The notes under the pieces were generated by a model. That model saw nothing but the letters and a program-made list of their open reading frames with translations. It did not search any database and was not told the origin of the DNA. Below are positions 39,861 through 51,575 of a stretch of DNA of 64,000 nt, in pieces; position 1 is the first letter of the stretch, and each line of letters opens with the position of its first letter. The position numbers and the translations under genes were made by a program. The stretch is from Octopus sinensis (Eukaryota), in contig NC_043003.1 of NCBI RefSeq assembly GCF_006345805.1, positions 89,280,001-89,344,000 on the forward strand, written 5' to 3'.

Positions 39861-41549
39861 CTAGCAGAGATACCCGGTGTTGCCCGTGTTACATGCAATT
39901 GAAGGATTAGACTTTTCTGTTATATTTTCTGTAATGAACTAGAATACCTATGTTTCAAATTTCATCAAAATTGCAGATGAGGGTTATTTCCCTCTTTACA
40001 CACCCTAAAAAAATTGTAATTGTGCTACATGTATCCCATGCTACTGATTTTTATGCGCATATTCCAAAATTCCAGTCTTATAGAACCTGTTAAAAAGATT
40101 TTGCTCTTGAAAAATGAAGGTCACGTAGCTCTAAAATGTTAGAGTTAAGGCCCCTATTGGGGGTGGGCATCTTAATGTCAACCAGAGAAGTTGAATTGTT
40201 GAGAATCTTTTTAACTTGGGTCTTATATCTATTGTTTGAATTTCTTTGAAATAGGAAATATATGTTCACTGGGTTTGTAAAAGAGAGCAAAGCTACAGGA
40301 AACCAAAAGACGAATGATCACAATAAGCAGTCAGCTACCCTACCCTAGTCGTTACCACTTCCAATGTAGAATTCCTCACCATCTAGGTGACAGGCACAGC
40401 CGTAAGATGCATTACGAATATATAGCAATTGGAAGGGCGTGAGCCAACTGAAATAAACATTAACAGCTGTGTCATGTGAGGGCTAAGGAGAAATGAAAGT
40501 GTCACCTCTGGAGTTTGCAAATGACCACTATACTTGATACGTAACTGGACAGAATAAATTTTCAATCTATAAATGTCTTTGAACAACCAGTCACTCATCT
40601 GGGAAGGTCTTGAAATCAGTGTTACCATGTAAAGACTATGTGTGACCCAGTGATAATAAAAAGACTGGAAGGAGGTCTGCAACCAAATAACTTTACTCAA
40701 CACTTTGCAACTGAATCAGTGGAGGCAAAGATGACTCTCATTTACTTGACAATTTATGCACTACATTGCAGAAATCATAATCTAAGTGTATGTCAAAGCA
40801 AACTCTTACACTGTTGTACCATTGAATTACAAATAATGCTCATCTTTTATGCTTGAGTGACCCTACAGCTTCCAAGAGTACAATTGTATTCGTCTTTGCT
40901 TAGATAAAATGACAAAATTGTGGGTGTTTTCAGTCCCCATGAAGGGGTCTTTCTAACTTGTAAGAAGATGAAATTTTATAAATATTACTCCATTTGTATC
41001 TAATATCTATAGTTAAAATTTCATCAACAGCAAAAATATATGAATTGTCATGGGGTTTATGGCCCATATGCATAGAATATAATTTTCAAATTTCATAAAA
41101 ATCCATTCGGTACTTTTGACCTAGTTTTGGATCATAAAAGAAATGACTAAAATTTGGGATTTAAGGCCTCCATTAAGGTGTCTTAGAATCCTCATGTGTA
41201 GTGGAAACTTTGAGAATACTTCTTGATGTGTGTCAATTACCCATGGTTGAAATTTCATCAACATCGAAAATTTATGAATTTTTATGGGAGGTTCTGCCTC
41301 CTTTAAGCCATCTGAAATTCAAACCAAACATTGCATTATACCCGCCCGTATGCATTGAATCTAAGTTCCAAATATCATAAGGATCCATTCAGTAATTTTG
41401 GTCCATGAAATTGTATGAAACACACAGCATTACCCTTTTCCCTAGGCTTGTATTTTGTGTTCCAAATTTCATTAGGATTGGCGCATCAGTTTTCGAATGA
41501 ATAAGTAACACACAAACACACATAAAGACATTGACTTTGATATAATAGA
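39861..41549 (-). mobile_element. Non-autonomous Helitron-like element with a unique-looking core
   Basis: A|TCTATTATATC 5' end, imperfect hairpin and CTAG|T 3' end. AAATTTCATCAA-type internal repeats flank 40280-40900. Confidence 0.6.
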
Positions 41550-41579
41550 TATGAATATGCACATATACATACATGTATA

Positions 41580-41672
<93 letters not shown>

Positions 41673-41990
41673 ATCATACATACACAAAGATAAATTGATA
41701 GATACAACTGAGTGGGCAAAGAAAAATATGAGACACAGTCTAGTGCCTTTTTTATGTTGATAAACCTGTACTTATTCTATTAGTTTTTTCTTGTGAAACC
41801 AGTAAGTTATGGGGATGTAAATAAACGAACAGCAGTTGTGAAGCAGTGATGAGGGTGAAACACAGAGACAAAGACATACACATACACTTACATATATACA
41901 TGATTGATTTCTTTAAGTTTCTGTCTACGAAATCCATATATATGTATATATGCACACGCACGCACGCACGCGCGCGCGCGCGCGCGCGCA

Positions 41991-42049
<59 letters not shown>

Positions 42050-42477
42050 TAAATTGATAGATACAACTGAGAAAAATATGAGACACTGCCTAGTGCTTTT
42101 TTTTTTACTTTGATAAGCCTGGTACTTATTCTCTCAGTAAGTTATGGGGATGTAAATAAATGAACAGCAGTTGTGAAACAGTTATGAGGGAGAAACACAA
42201 AGACACACACATAGACTTACATATATACATACATATATATACGATTGATTTCTTTCAGTTTCTGTCTACAAAATCCACTGACAAGGCTTTGGTTGGTCTG
42301 AGGCTGTAGCAGAAGACACATGCCAAGTCACCACACTGTGGGACTGAACCCAGGACCATGTGTTTTGGAACCAAGTTTGTTACCACACAGCCACACCTGC
42401 ATCTATGTACGTGTGTGTGTACGTGTGTATAGATGTGTATATATATATATATATATGTGTGTACATATTACATGTAC

Positions 42478-43681
42478 ATGAAGTAGTTGATAGCTTCCGT
42501 TATCTAGGTGACCAAGTCAGTAGTGGGGGTGGGTGCGCTGAGAGTGTAACTGCTAGAATAAGAATAGCCTGGGCAAAGTTTAGGGAGCTCTTACCTCTGC
42601 TGGTGACTAAAGGCCTCTCGCTCAGAGTAAAGGGCAGACTGTATGATGCATGTGTTCGAACTGCCATGCTACATGGCAGTGAAACATGGGCCGTGACTGC
42701 TGAGGACATGCGTAAGCTCATGAGGAATGAAGCCAGTATGCTCCGATGGATGTGTAATGTCAGTGTACTTACTCGACAGAGTGTTAGTTCCCTAAGAGAA
42801 ATGTTGTACCTAAGAAGCATCAGTTGTTGCGTGCAAGAGAGACGATTGCGATGGTATGGTCATGTGGCGAGAATGGATGAAGATAGGTGTGTGAGAAAGT
42901 GCCAATCCCTAGCAGTTGAGGGAACCCGTGGAAGAGGTAGACCCAGGAAAACCTGGGACGAAGTGGTGAAGCACGACCTTCGAACATTAGGTCTCACCAT
43001 GGAAATGACCAGAGACCGAGACCTATGGAAGTATGCTGTGCGTGAGAAGACCCGGCAAGACTAGTGAAGCCATAACCCGTGGCCCCTACCTGGGACGTAG
43101 TCAGTCCGCCTGTGCATACCTTCCTGCTTGTGACACTTGTGAAGACCTGTTGAGGCAAGTCAAATCAAAGTCAAATCGAATCAAGTCAAACCAAATCAAA
43201 ATAGATGAACATCAATGGAATTTGTATCCTTGTGGTACCAGTGCCGGTGGCACATAAGAAAACCATCCGAACGGGACCGTAGCCAGTACCGCATCGACTG
43301 GCCTCCGTGCTGTGGGCACGTAACAAACACCGTCCGAGCGTGGCCGTCTGCCAGCCTCGTCTGGCACCTGTGTCGGTGGCACATAAAAACACCATCCGAG
43401 CGTGGCCGTCTGCCAGCCTCGTCTGGCACCTGTGTCGGTGGCACATAAAAACACCATCCGAGCGTGGCCGTTCGCCAGCCTCGTCTGGCACCTGTGTCGG
43501 TGGCACATAAAATCACCCACTACACTCTCGGAGTGGTTGGCGTTAGGAAGGGCATCCAGCTGTAGAAACACTGCCAGATCTGACTGGCCTGGTGCAGCTT
43601 TCGGGCTCCCCAGACCCCAGTTGAACCGTCCAACTCATGCTAGCATGAAAAGCGGACGTTAAACGATGATGATGATGATGA
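42478..43681 (+). mobile_element. Young 5'-truncated RTE LINE
   Basis: Uninterrupted ORF (VVDSFRYLGD...[12 protein letters not shown]...KTRQD), three 62-bp UTR repeats and a (GAT)n tail. Confidence 0.9.
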
Positions 43682-43961
43682 TATATATATACATCTACAC
43701 ATATACTTGTATACATATACATCTATGTATAGAAATGCATCGATACATATACATGTATACATTTACATATAAATATATATATGTATGTATATATATTAGT
43801 TATCGCCATACTAATATGGCATTCTTATAAAAATAAGAATAAAGCTGACCGCTTATTAGCTCCATGAGGCCATCGCCTTAAGTTAGCTATTTGATACACA
43901 AACTGTATCCATATAACCTTTGAACAAAGGAGGTCAGTCGCTCCACACTACTTGGCCGGCA

Positions 43962-44003
43962 GCTACAGACGCGTTTCGGGGTATTGCCCCTTTTCAATGC
44001 AGC
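43962..44003 (-). ncRNA. Type I minimal hammerhead ribozyme motif (U3:A8 variant), copy 1
   Basis: GCUGCA-UUGAAAA-GGGG(CAAUA)CCCC-GAA-ACGCGU-C-UGUAGC: 6-bp stem I, 4-bp stem II, palindromic stem III, GUC site. Confidence 0.75.
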
Positions 44004-44324
44004 GTAGCCAAACCAGTAGGTGTCGCTTCCGACAATCTCTGTTCAAAGGTTTTATTTACCTAGCTTCGGTGGAATACATCCACTTGTTTTCAATAATAGA
44101 AATATTAAAATTACTAAGTCTCTCTAAAAGAGAACAACGGCAGCGTTCCCGGAAAATATTAGTTATCGCCATACTAATATGGCATTCTTATAAAAATAAG
44201 AATAAAGCTGACCGCTTATTAGCTCCATGAGGCCATTGCCTTAAGTTAGCTATTTGATACACAAACTGTATCCATATAACCTTTGAACAAGGGAGGACAG
44301 TCGCTCCACACTACTTGGCCGGCA

Positions 44325-44366
44325 GCTACAGACGCGTTTCGGGGTATTGCCCCTTTTCAATGCAGC
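44325..44366 (-). ncRNA. Type I minimal hammerhead ribozyme motif (U3:A8 variant), copy 2
   Basis: Identical to copy 1, 363 nt away. Confidence 0.75.
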
Positions 44367-44696
44367 GTAGCCAAACCAGTAGGTGTCGCTTCTGACAATC
44401 TCTGTTCAAAGGTTTTATTTACCTAGCTTCGGTGGAATACATCCACTTGTTTTCAATAATAGAAATATTAAAATTACTAAGTCTCTCTAAAAGAGAACAA
44501 CGGCAGCGTTCCCGGAAAATATTAGTTATCGCCATACTAATATGGCATTCTTATAAAAATAAGAATAAAGCTGACCGCTTATTAGCTCCATGAGGCCATC
44601 GCCTTAAGTTAGCTATTTGATATACAAACTGTATCCATATAACCTTTGAACAAGGGAGGACAGTCGCTCCACACTACTTGGCCGGCAGCTACAGAC

Positions 44697-44735
44697 GCAT
44701 TGAAAAGGGGCAATACCCCGAAACGCGTCTGTAGC
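44697..44735 (+). ncRNA. Hammerhead motif copy 3 (inverted copy; 5' arm of stem I truncated)
   Basis: GCA-UUGAAAA-GGGGCAAUACCCC-GAA-ACGCGU-C-UGUAGC on the plus strand at the inversion junction. Confidence 0.6.
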
Positions 44736-44964
44736 TGCCGGCCAAGTAGTGTGGAGCGACTGACCTCCCTTGTTCAAAGGTTATATGGATACAGTTTGTG
44801 TATCAAATAGCTAACTTAAGGCGATGGCCTCATGGAGCTAATAAGCGGTCAGCTTTATTCTTATTTTTATAAGAATGCCATATTAGTATGGCGATAACTA
44901 ATATTTTCCGGGAACGCTGCCGTTGTTCTCTTTTAGAGAGACTTAGTAATTTTAATATTTCTAT

Positions 44965-45036
<72 letters not shown>

Positions 45037-45107
45037 ATTTAAGTATGTTTCTCCATTCTCTAATTTTGTAGTATATATATATATATACATATACACATAT
45101 ATATATA

Positions 45108-45153
<46 letters not shown>

Positions 45154-45210
45154 CACATCCATATATATACATACATATATATATATATATACATATACAC
45201 ATCCATATAT

Positions 45211-45244
<34 letters not shown>

Positions 45245-45267
45245 CCATCCATATAAATACATGTATA

Positions 45268-46065
45268 TATCATCATCATCGTTTAACGTACGCTTTCCAT
45301 GCTAGCAAGGGTTGGACAGATGACTGAGGGCTGGTGAACCAGATGGCTGCACCAGGCTTCAATCTTGATCTGGCAGAGTTTCTACAGCTGGATGCCCTTC
45401 CCAACACCAACCACTCCAAGAGTGTAGTGGGTGCTTTTATGTGCCAGTCAGGCGGTACTGGCGACAACCTTGCTCGAATCTTTTACACATGCCACCGGCA
45501 CAGGTGCCAGTAAGGCGATGCTGGTAACAATCACGCTCGAATCGTGTCTTCTACGTGCCATTGGCAAGGGAGCCAGTTAGCCGCTCTGGCAACGATCATG
45601 CTCGGATGGTGCTTTTAATATCCTATTAGCATGGGGCTCGAGTGCCAGTAAGGCGACGCTGGTAACGATCATGCTCGAATGGTGCCTTTTAAGTGCTACT
45701 AGCACGGAAGCTGGTTAGCCGCTCTGTCAATGATCACGCTTGTATGGTGCTTCTGGCACCCTGCTAGCACGGATGCCAGTCATCGAATTTGATTTTGATT
45801 TCACTTGCCTCAACAGGTCTTTGCAAGCAGAATTTTAGTGTCCAAAGAAGGAAAAGGTATGCATAAGTGGGCTGGTTACGCCCCTGGCATAGGCCACGAG
45901 AATATGGTTTTATTTGGCTTGCCAGGTCTTCTCACACACGGCATATTTCCAAAAGTCTCGATCACTAGTTATTTCCTTGGTGAGGCCTAAAGTTCGAAGG
46001 TCGTGCTTCACCACTTCATCCCAGGTCTTCCTGGGTCTACCTCTTCCACAGGTTCCCTCAACCTT
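45268..46065 (-). mobile_element. RTE 3' end
   Basis: (CAT)n tail, UTR modules and the ORF end GRPRKTW. Confidence 0.85.
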
Positions 46066-46259
46066 TCCTGAACTCTAAAGGAGAATCTATGGTTGGAAAA
46101 GCGTTTCTTGAATGAATTTCCAGTACAACCAATGTAAAGTAAAGAAGGTAGAAAAGATCAATCGTATTTCAGTCTAATTGTCATTGTAAATGACTGATGT
46201 TTTCCTTTCTCTGTCCCTATCGCTTCACTCCTTTTCTCTATGGTTAAGAGAAAGTGCAT

Positions 46260-47015
46260 GGCCCACTGATTAGGGGTATTCAGCCCATGATCGTAAAGTC
46301 ATGAGTATGATTCCCAATGGCACGCTGTGTTCTTGAGCAAAGTACTCTACCTTGCTGCAGTCCACTCAGCTGGCAAAAATGAGTTGTAGTTGTAATTCAG
46401 AGGGGCCAGCCTTGTCACATTTTGTGCAAGGCTGAATCTCTTTGAGAACTACGTTATGGTATACATGTCTGTGGAGTACTCAGCCTCTTGCTCATTAATT
46501 TTATGAGTAGACTGTTCCATTGATCAGATAAAGAGGAACCTCATCATAGTAAGCAACAAAGTGCCATTTTCTAAAAAGAGTGGAAGAAAAGGAAATGTTT
46601 CATATTGTAAGACAAAAATGTCATGTGTCTAGTATAAACAGTGAAAGCTAAGATGAAATAATTGCTATTCTGTCATGTAGTGACTTCGCCCTCAACTCAG
46701 GCTCAGTTTGATAACAGCCTGAGCATCAGTGTTTATCTGGGGGGCTTGGTCTCCACATCTGTGAGAACCACAAATGCTGCTTTTAGGACTGGATTAACAC
46801 CTGTAGTGACCCTAATGACTAAAGAGATTTTCCTGCCCCTATATAGGATCTTTTTTTTATCTTCCAAGATTTATCTTGCTCCAGTCCACTCAGCTGGCCA
46901 AAATGAGTTGTAGTTGTAACTCAAAGGGGCCAGTCATGTCATATTCTGTGTGAGGCTGAATCTCCCTAAGAACTATGTTAATGGTATGCATGTCTGTGGA
47001 GTACTTAGCTACTTG
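46260..47015 (+). mobile_element. SINE-like element (family 4) with partial duplicate
   Basis: CAGTCCACTCAGCTGG...AAATGAGTTGTAG module at about 46355-46500 and again at 46875-47015. Confidence 0.55.
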
Positions 47016-47489
47016 TGAGTTAATTTTATCTTTGTGTGATAATGAAAACTGAAGGTGACGATCCAATATTTGTTGTAGTTAATTGTCTTTGATTTAACAA
47101 TGTGTCTATTTATCTATGTATCAACTTTTCTTTTGATCTATGTATCTATTTTTCTTATGACCTATGTATCTACTTTTTTTGCGATGTATGTATCAGTCTA
47201 CTCTGAAAATACTGATAATAAATATAAAATAATAATATGATATAATCTAATACAATACCAAACCAGTAGAACATCAGACTAAATGTACTCCAGTTTTCAC
47301 TCTTGTCACTCTTAATCCTGATTTCAAATCTTGTCAAGATTGAACTTGCCTTACATACCTTTCTTGAGTTGTCAAAATAAGAACCAATGATAATATACTG
47401 ATTTCATGCAATCACTTATAATCCCTTACTCCTTTTAATAATTTGTTTGCTGGCTAAATATCATCATTGTCATCATCATCATCAAAAAC

Positions 47490-49395
47490 AAAGTAAGCTG
47501 ACAGGATCATTAGAGCATTGGACAAAATGTTTTGCAGTATCTCTCCTGAAATTTTACATTTTGAGTTCAAATCCTCCTAAAGTCAACTTTGCCTTTCATC
47601 CTTTTGGACTTGATAAAATAAAGTACCAATCAAGTACTGGGGTTGATGGTATTGACTTAAATTTTCTCTCCTCAAATTTAATGGTTTGGTGCCTAAATTA
47701 GAAACCATTGTCATTATTGTCATTGTCATAAGCAACAAGGTGGTGAGCTGGCAGAATTGTTAGTGTGTTGGAATAAAATGCTTTTTGGTATTCAGTCAGG
47801 CTCTTTATGTTCTGAGTTCAAATCCCACCAAAGTCAACCTTGCTTTTCATCCCTTCAGGCTTGATAAAATAAACTATTAATCAAGTATTGAGATCAAATG
47901 GTGTTGATTACTCCCTTCCCCCACTCAAAATTTCTGACTTTGTACCTAAATTAAAATCATCATCATCATTATTATTATTTTTTATCAACGAGAAGCACAA
48001 TGGCTTCAAGTTTCAGGAATATTGACCACATGGTTTTGAACCAAAGTCTACATTTGTTTGTTGTTCTGATTGAACAGATCTCTGACCAAAGGTATTCTTG
48101 ACTTAACTATTCTTTTAAGGCTTATTTTGGACACCATTATCTTTATATGTTTTATTTTCTTTTTAACAGCAAGGAGTAATTTGAGATAATATATCTGCTA
48201 TTTCCAGCAGGTTTCGCAACCACATAGGAGCTTCTTCATTGACACTGGTTATATACTGCAGTGATTTCAATTTTATTAATCTCATCTTTTACAAATTTGT
48301 GGTCTTCAGCCATTGTAAGAAATTATTGGACTGGCAGAAATGACTGTGACAAATCAAAGGGTTTTGCAAAATTTTGGCTGGTGTTTCTTTAGGTTTTGAA
48401 TTCAAAATCTCTTAACCCTTTTGTTACCAACCTGGCTGAAACCAGCTCTGAGTACAAATGTCTTGTTTTCAAAAGTTCTAAATTAAAATCTTCCACCAAA
48501 CCTGAGTCACAATTCATGTTCCTAACACTAGCTTAATGATAACTAAGTAATTTTTCTAAATTCTTTGTTATATTTAAAATAATTGAAAGAAACACAGAGC
48601 ATTTCAACAGAAATACAGTAACGAAAGGGTTAAGGTCAAGATTTTTTTTCATTCTTTCAAATTTGATACATAAATTGCTAGTCAAGTACTAGGTTTGTTT
48701 TCTACTGTACCTCACTCTCCATAAAATTTTGTGGCATCCTGCCCATATTAGAAACCTTTATTATTATTATTTGATCAACAGGATCAATAGAGTAGCAGAT
48801 AAAGGCTTAATATTATCTTGTTGCATCTCTTTTATGTTCTGAATTCAAATCTCTCTGGAGTAGACTTTATTTTTCACCCTTCTGGTATTAATAAAATAGG
48901 TACTGGTCAAGTGCTTGTTTGATTTAATACACTGTCCCCCTTCCTCTAAATTTGTCAACTTCTGTCATCATCATCATCTTCCATCATCATTTCCATTATT
49001 ATTAAGACTGTAAACTGGTAGATCATTTGTGGGTTGGACAAATGCTTAGTGGCATTTCTGGCTCTTTAAGTTCTTTGTTCAATTCACACCTTGGTTAATT
49101 TTATCATTCACCCTTTCAAGGTGGGCTTACTGTAATTGACTAACCCCATCCCCTAAAATTGCTGGCTTTGTGCAAAAATTAGAAAGAGGCTAGCTGACAG
49201 AATCATTAGTGTATTAAACAAAAGGTTTAGCAGCATTTCTTCCAGCTTAATGTTCTGAGTTCAAATACTGCCAAAGTCAGCTTTACCTTTCAGCCTTTCA
49301 GGATCAATAAAATAAAGTACCAGTCAAGTACTGTGGTTAATAAAATCGACTAAACCCACTTCTCTTAAAATTACTGGCCTTGTGTCAAAATTTAA
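47490..49395 (+). mobile_element. Cluster of six same-orientation SINEs (family 2)
   Basis: Repeated TGAGTTCAAATCC...GCCTTTCATCCTTT...GATAAAATAAGTAC modules. Single copies also at about 1760-1960, 6590-6950, 17100-17280 and 17870-17980. Confidence 0.75.
48416..48629. mobile_element. piggyBac-like MITE
   Basis: TTAA|CCCTTTTGTTAC...GTAACGAAAGGG|TTAA. A related degenerate copy lies at about 55198-55415. Confidence 0.8.
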
Positions 49396-49453
49396 AAACA
49401 ACAGCAACTTTTACTACTACTGAAAAGTTTTTCTTTTTTTCCTTCTATTATAG

Positions 49454-49589
49454 TAGCCACGTAACATTCGGCCTGATGAGTAAAAACCAGATGCAACAAG
49501 CCTCTCATATTCACGTTGTTAGCAAAGATTTGTATATCCAAGGAGCCATTCGTAAACCTGTTGTTCATGGTGTCTTGGATCACAGAATG
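49454..49589 (+). CDS. POLR3A: RPC1 coding exon 2
   Basis: TAG acceptor, 136 nt, (I)SHVTFGLMSKNQMQQASHIHVVSKDLYIQGAIRKPVVHGVLDHRM, GT donor. Phase is compatible with exon 1. Confidence 0.93.
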
Positions 49590-51425
49590 GTAAATGGAAA
49601 CTTAATTTTTCTTTTCCCAGTCAAGCAATTGAATAATGAAATATTTAAATTTGGTCAGCCAAAAAATAAATGTTATAAAATAAACACTGTATCGATACAT
49701 CATTTTGTGTAATTCCACCATTATATATTGGTACTTGTACACATTTCTAGATGTTGACTACTGCAACGGTAGGGAATCTCTATCAACTTGATTTTTTTTT
49801 TTTTTATTTGAGTGTGTGTTTGTGTACTCTTTCACTCTTTTACTTGTTTCAGTCATTTGACTGTGGCCATGCTGGAGCACCGCCTTTAGTCAAGGAAATT
49901 GACCCCAGGACTTATTCTTTGTAAGCCTAGTACTTATTCTATCGGTCTCTTTTGCCAAACCACTAAGTTACGGGGATGTAAACACACCAGCATCAGTTGT
50001 CAAGCAATTTTGGGGGACAAACACAGACACACAAACACACACATATATATACATATACATAAATACGATGGGCTTCTTTCAGTTTCTGTCTACCAAATCC
50101 ATTCACAAGGCTTTGGTCAGCCCGAGGCTATAGTAGAAGACACTTGCCCAAGGTGCCACGCAGTGGGACTGAACTTGGATACCCAGCCACTCCTGCGTAT
50201 CTTTTATCTTTTACTTGTTTCAGCCATTAGACTGTGGCCATGCTGGGGCACCACCTTGAATGAATCGACCCCTTATTTTTAAAGTACTGGTACTTATTCT
50301 CTCAGTCTCTTTTGCTGAACCACTATGTTATGGGGATGTAAACACACCAACACTGGTTGTTAAGTGGTGGGTGGGAAGACAAACACACGTGCATGCATAT
50401 ATGATAGGCTTCTTTCAGTTTCTGTCTGCTAAATCCACTACTGTAGCCTCTACTATAGCCTTGGGCCTTTGTTGGCCCAAAGCTATAGCAGGAGATACAT
50501 GCCCAAGGTACCATGCAATATGATTGAACCCAGAATCATGTGACTGGGAAGCAAACTTCTTGTCACACAACCATGTCTGCACCTAAATAAGACTGTGTTT
50601 TGATATGTGTATTTGTGTATGAGCTTGTGTGTGTGTGTGTATGTATTTGTATATTTGTTTGTGTATGTGTGTGCGCTTGTGTGCATAATCTCCACCTTGA
50701 TGATACCTATGTTTCATGAGTTTGCAATACACCAGCTCATCATATACAATACAGAAGAATAACAGCCGAATAGATACAATAATCATGAACTCAAATCAAG
50801 TGAAGACATCACACTGTATTTTCTGGCAGGATACTTTTGTACATTAAATAAGTTAACCTACTTGTTAGATATAAGTAACAGATTTTCTGGGTGTATTAAC
50901 AATAAGAAGGCATTTTTCCTTGGATGAAATTCATCTCCCATCTGCTTCACAACATGAAACCACAGCCAAGCCCTATCACTGCAAATCTCATCTGGGTTTA
51001 CTTCTTACCCATTGTGATGCATATGGATGAGGACAACTGCATAAAAAAGTGCTGATTTCCAACTGTAGAGGAAACCTGTGGAAGAGGTAGACCTAGGAAG
51101 ACATGGAATGAGGTGGTGAAGCATGATCTTTGGATGTTGATTATCGTGGCGGCAATGGCAAGTGATCGAGGTCTTTGGCAATTTACTGTGTCTCATAGAA
51201 CTAGTCCCATATAGCTAAAGACTGGTCTTAGATCTGCTCCACCCTGTAGACAGCCTTTTAGACTGTGGTTTCTCCATTTTGTTAAGTTCCCACCTTTTCT
51301 TCAGAATCACTATTGAAATGGTATTGAAGTGATTGAGAATTACTGGTGAGTATTCTTTGAGTTGTAATTGTTATAAAGTTGGTGTTTTAAAGAAGAAAAT
51401 AACAAATAATTTATATTAATCATAG

Positions 51426-51575
51426 GGTACCAGTGAGCGAGACAGCAACTGTGAGACGTGTGGAAAATGTTTGGCTGATTGCACAGGTCATTTTGGTTAC
51501 ATTGATTTGGAACTCCCTGTCTTTCATATTGGATACTTCAGATCCATCATCACTATTTTACAGATGATTTGTAAA
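51426..51575 (+). CDS. POLR3A: RPC1 coding exon 3 (clamp zinc-binding motif)
   Basis: 150 nt, [57 protein letters not shown] sites. CxxCx6CxGHxG motif with Pol III-specific context. Confidence 0.95.

Larger units (their letters stand above)
43795..44967. mobile_element. 363-bp hammerhead-bearing tandem array with an inverted terminal copy (retrozyme / PLE pseudo-LTR array)
   Basis: Units start at 43795, 44158 and 44521 and differ at only a few positions. An inverted partial copy spans 44697-44967. Both ends adjoin (TA)n. Confidence 0.85.

Noticed and set aside
40358-40435. Three-way junction (CTTCCAAT/ATTGGAAG with two 5-bp hairpins)
   Set aside because: Short stems, no conserved catalytic or tRNA motifs; plausible by chance.
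43795-44967. CRISPR-like array
   Set aside because: Units are contiguous 363-bp repeats with no unique spacers, in a eukaryotic intron.
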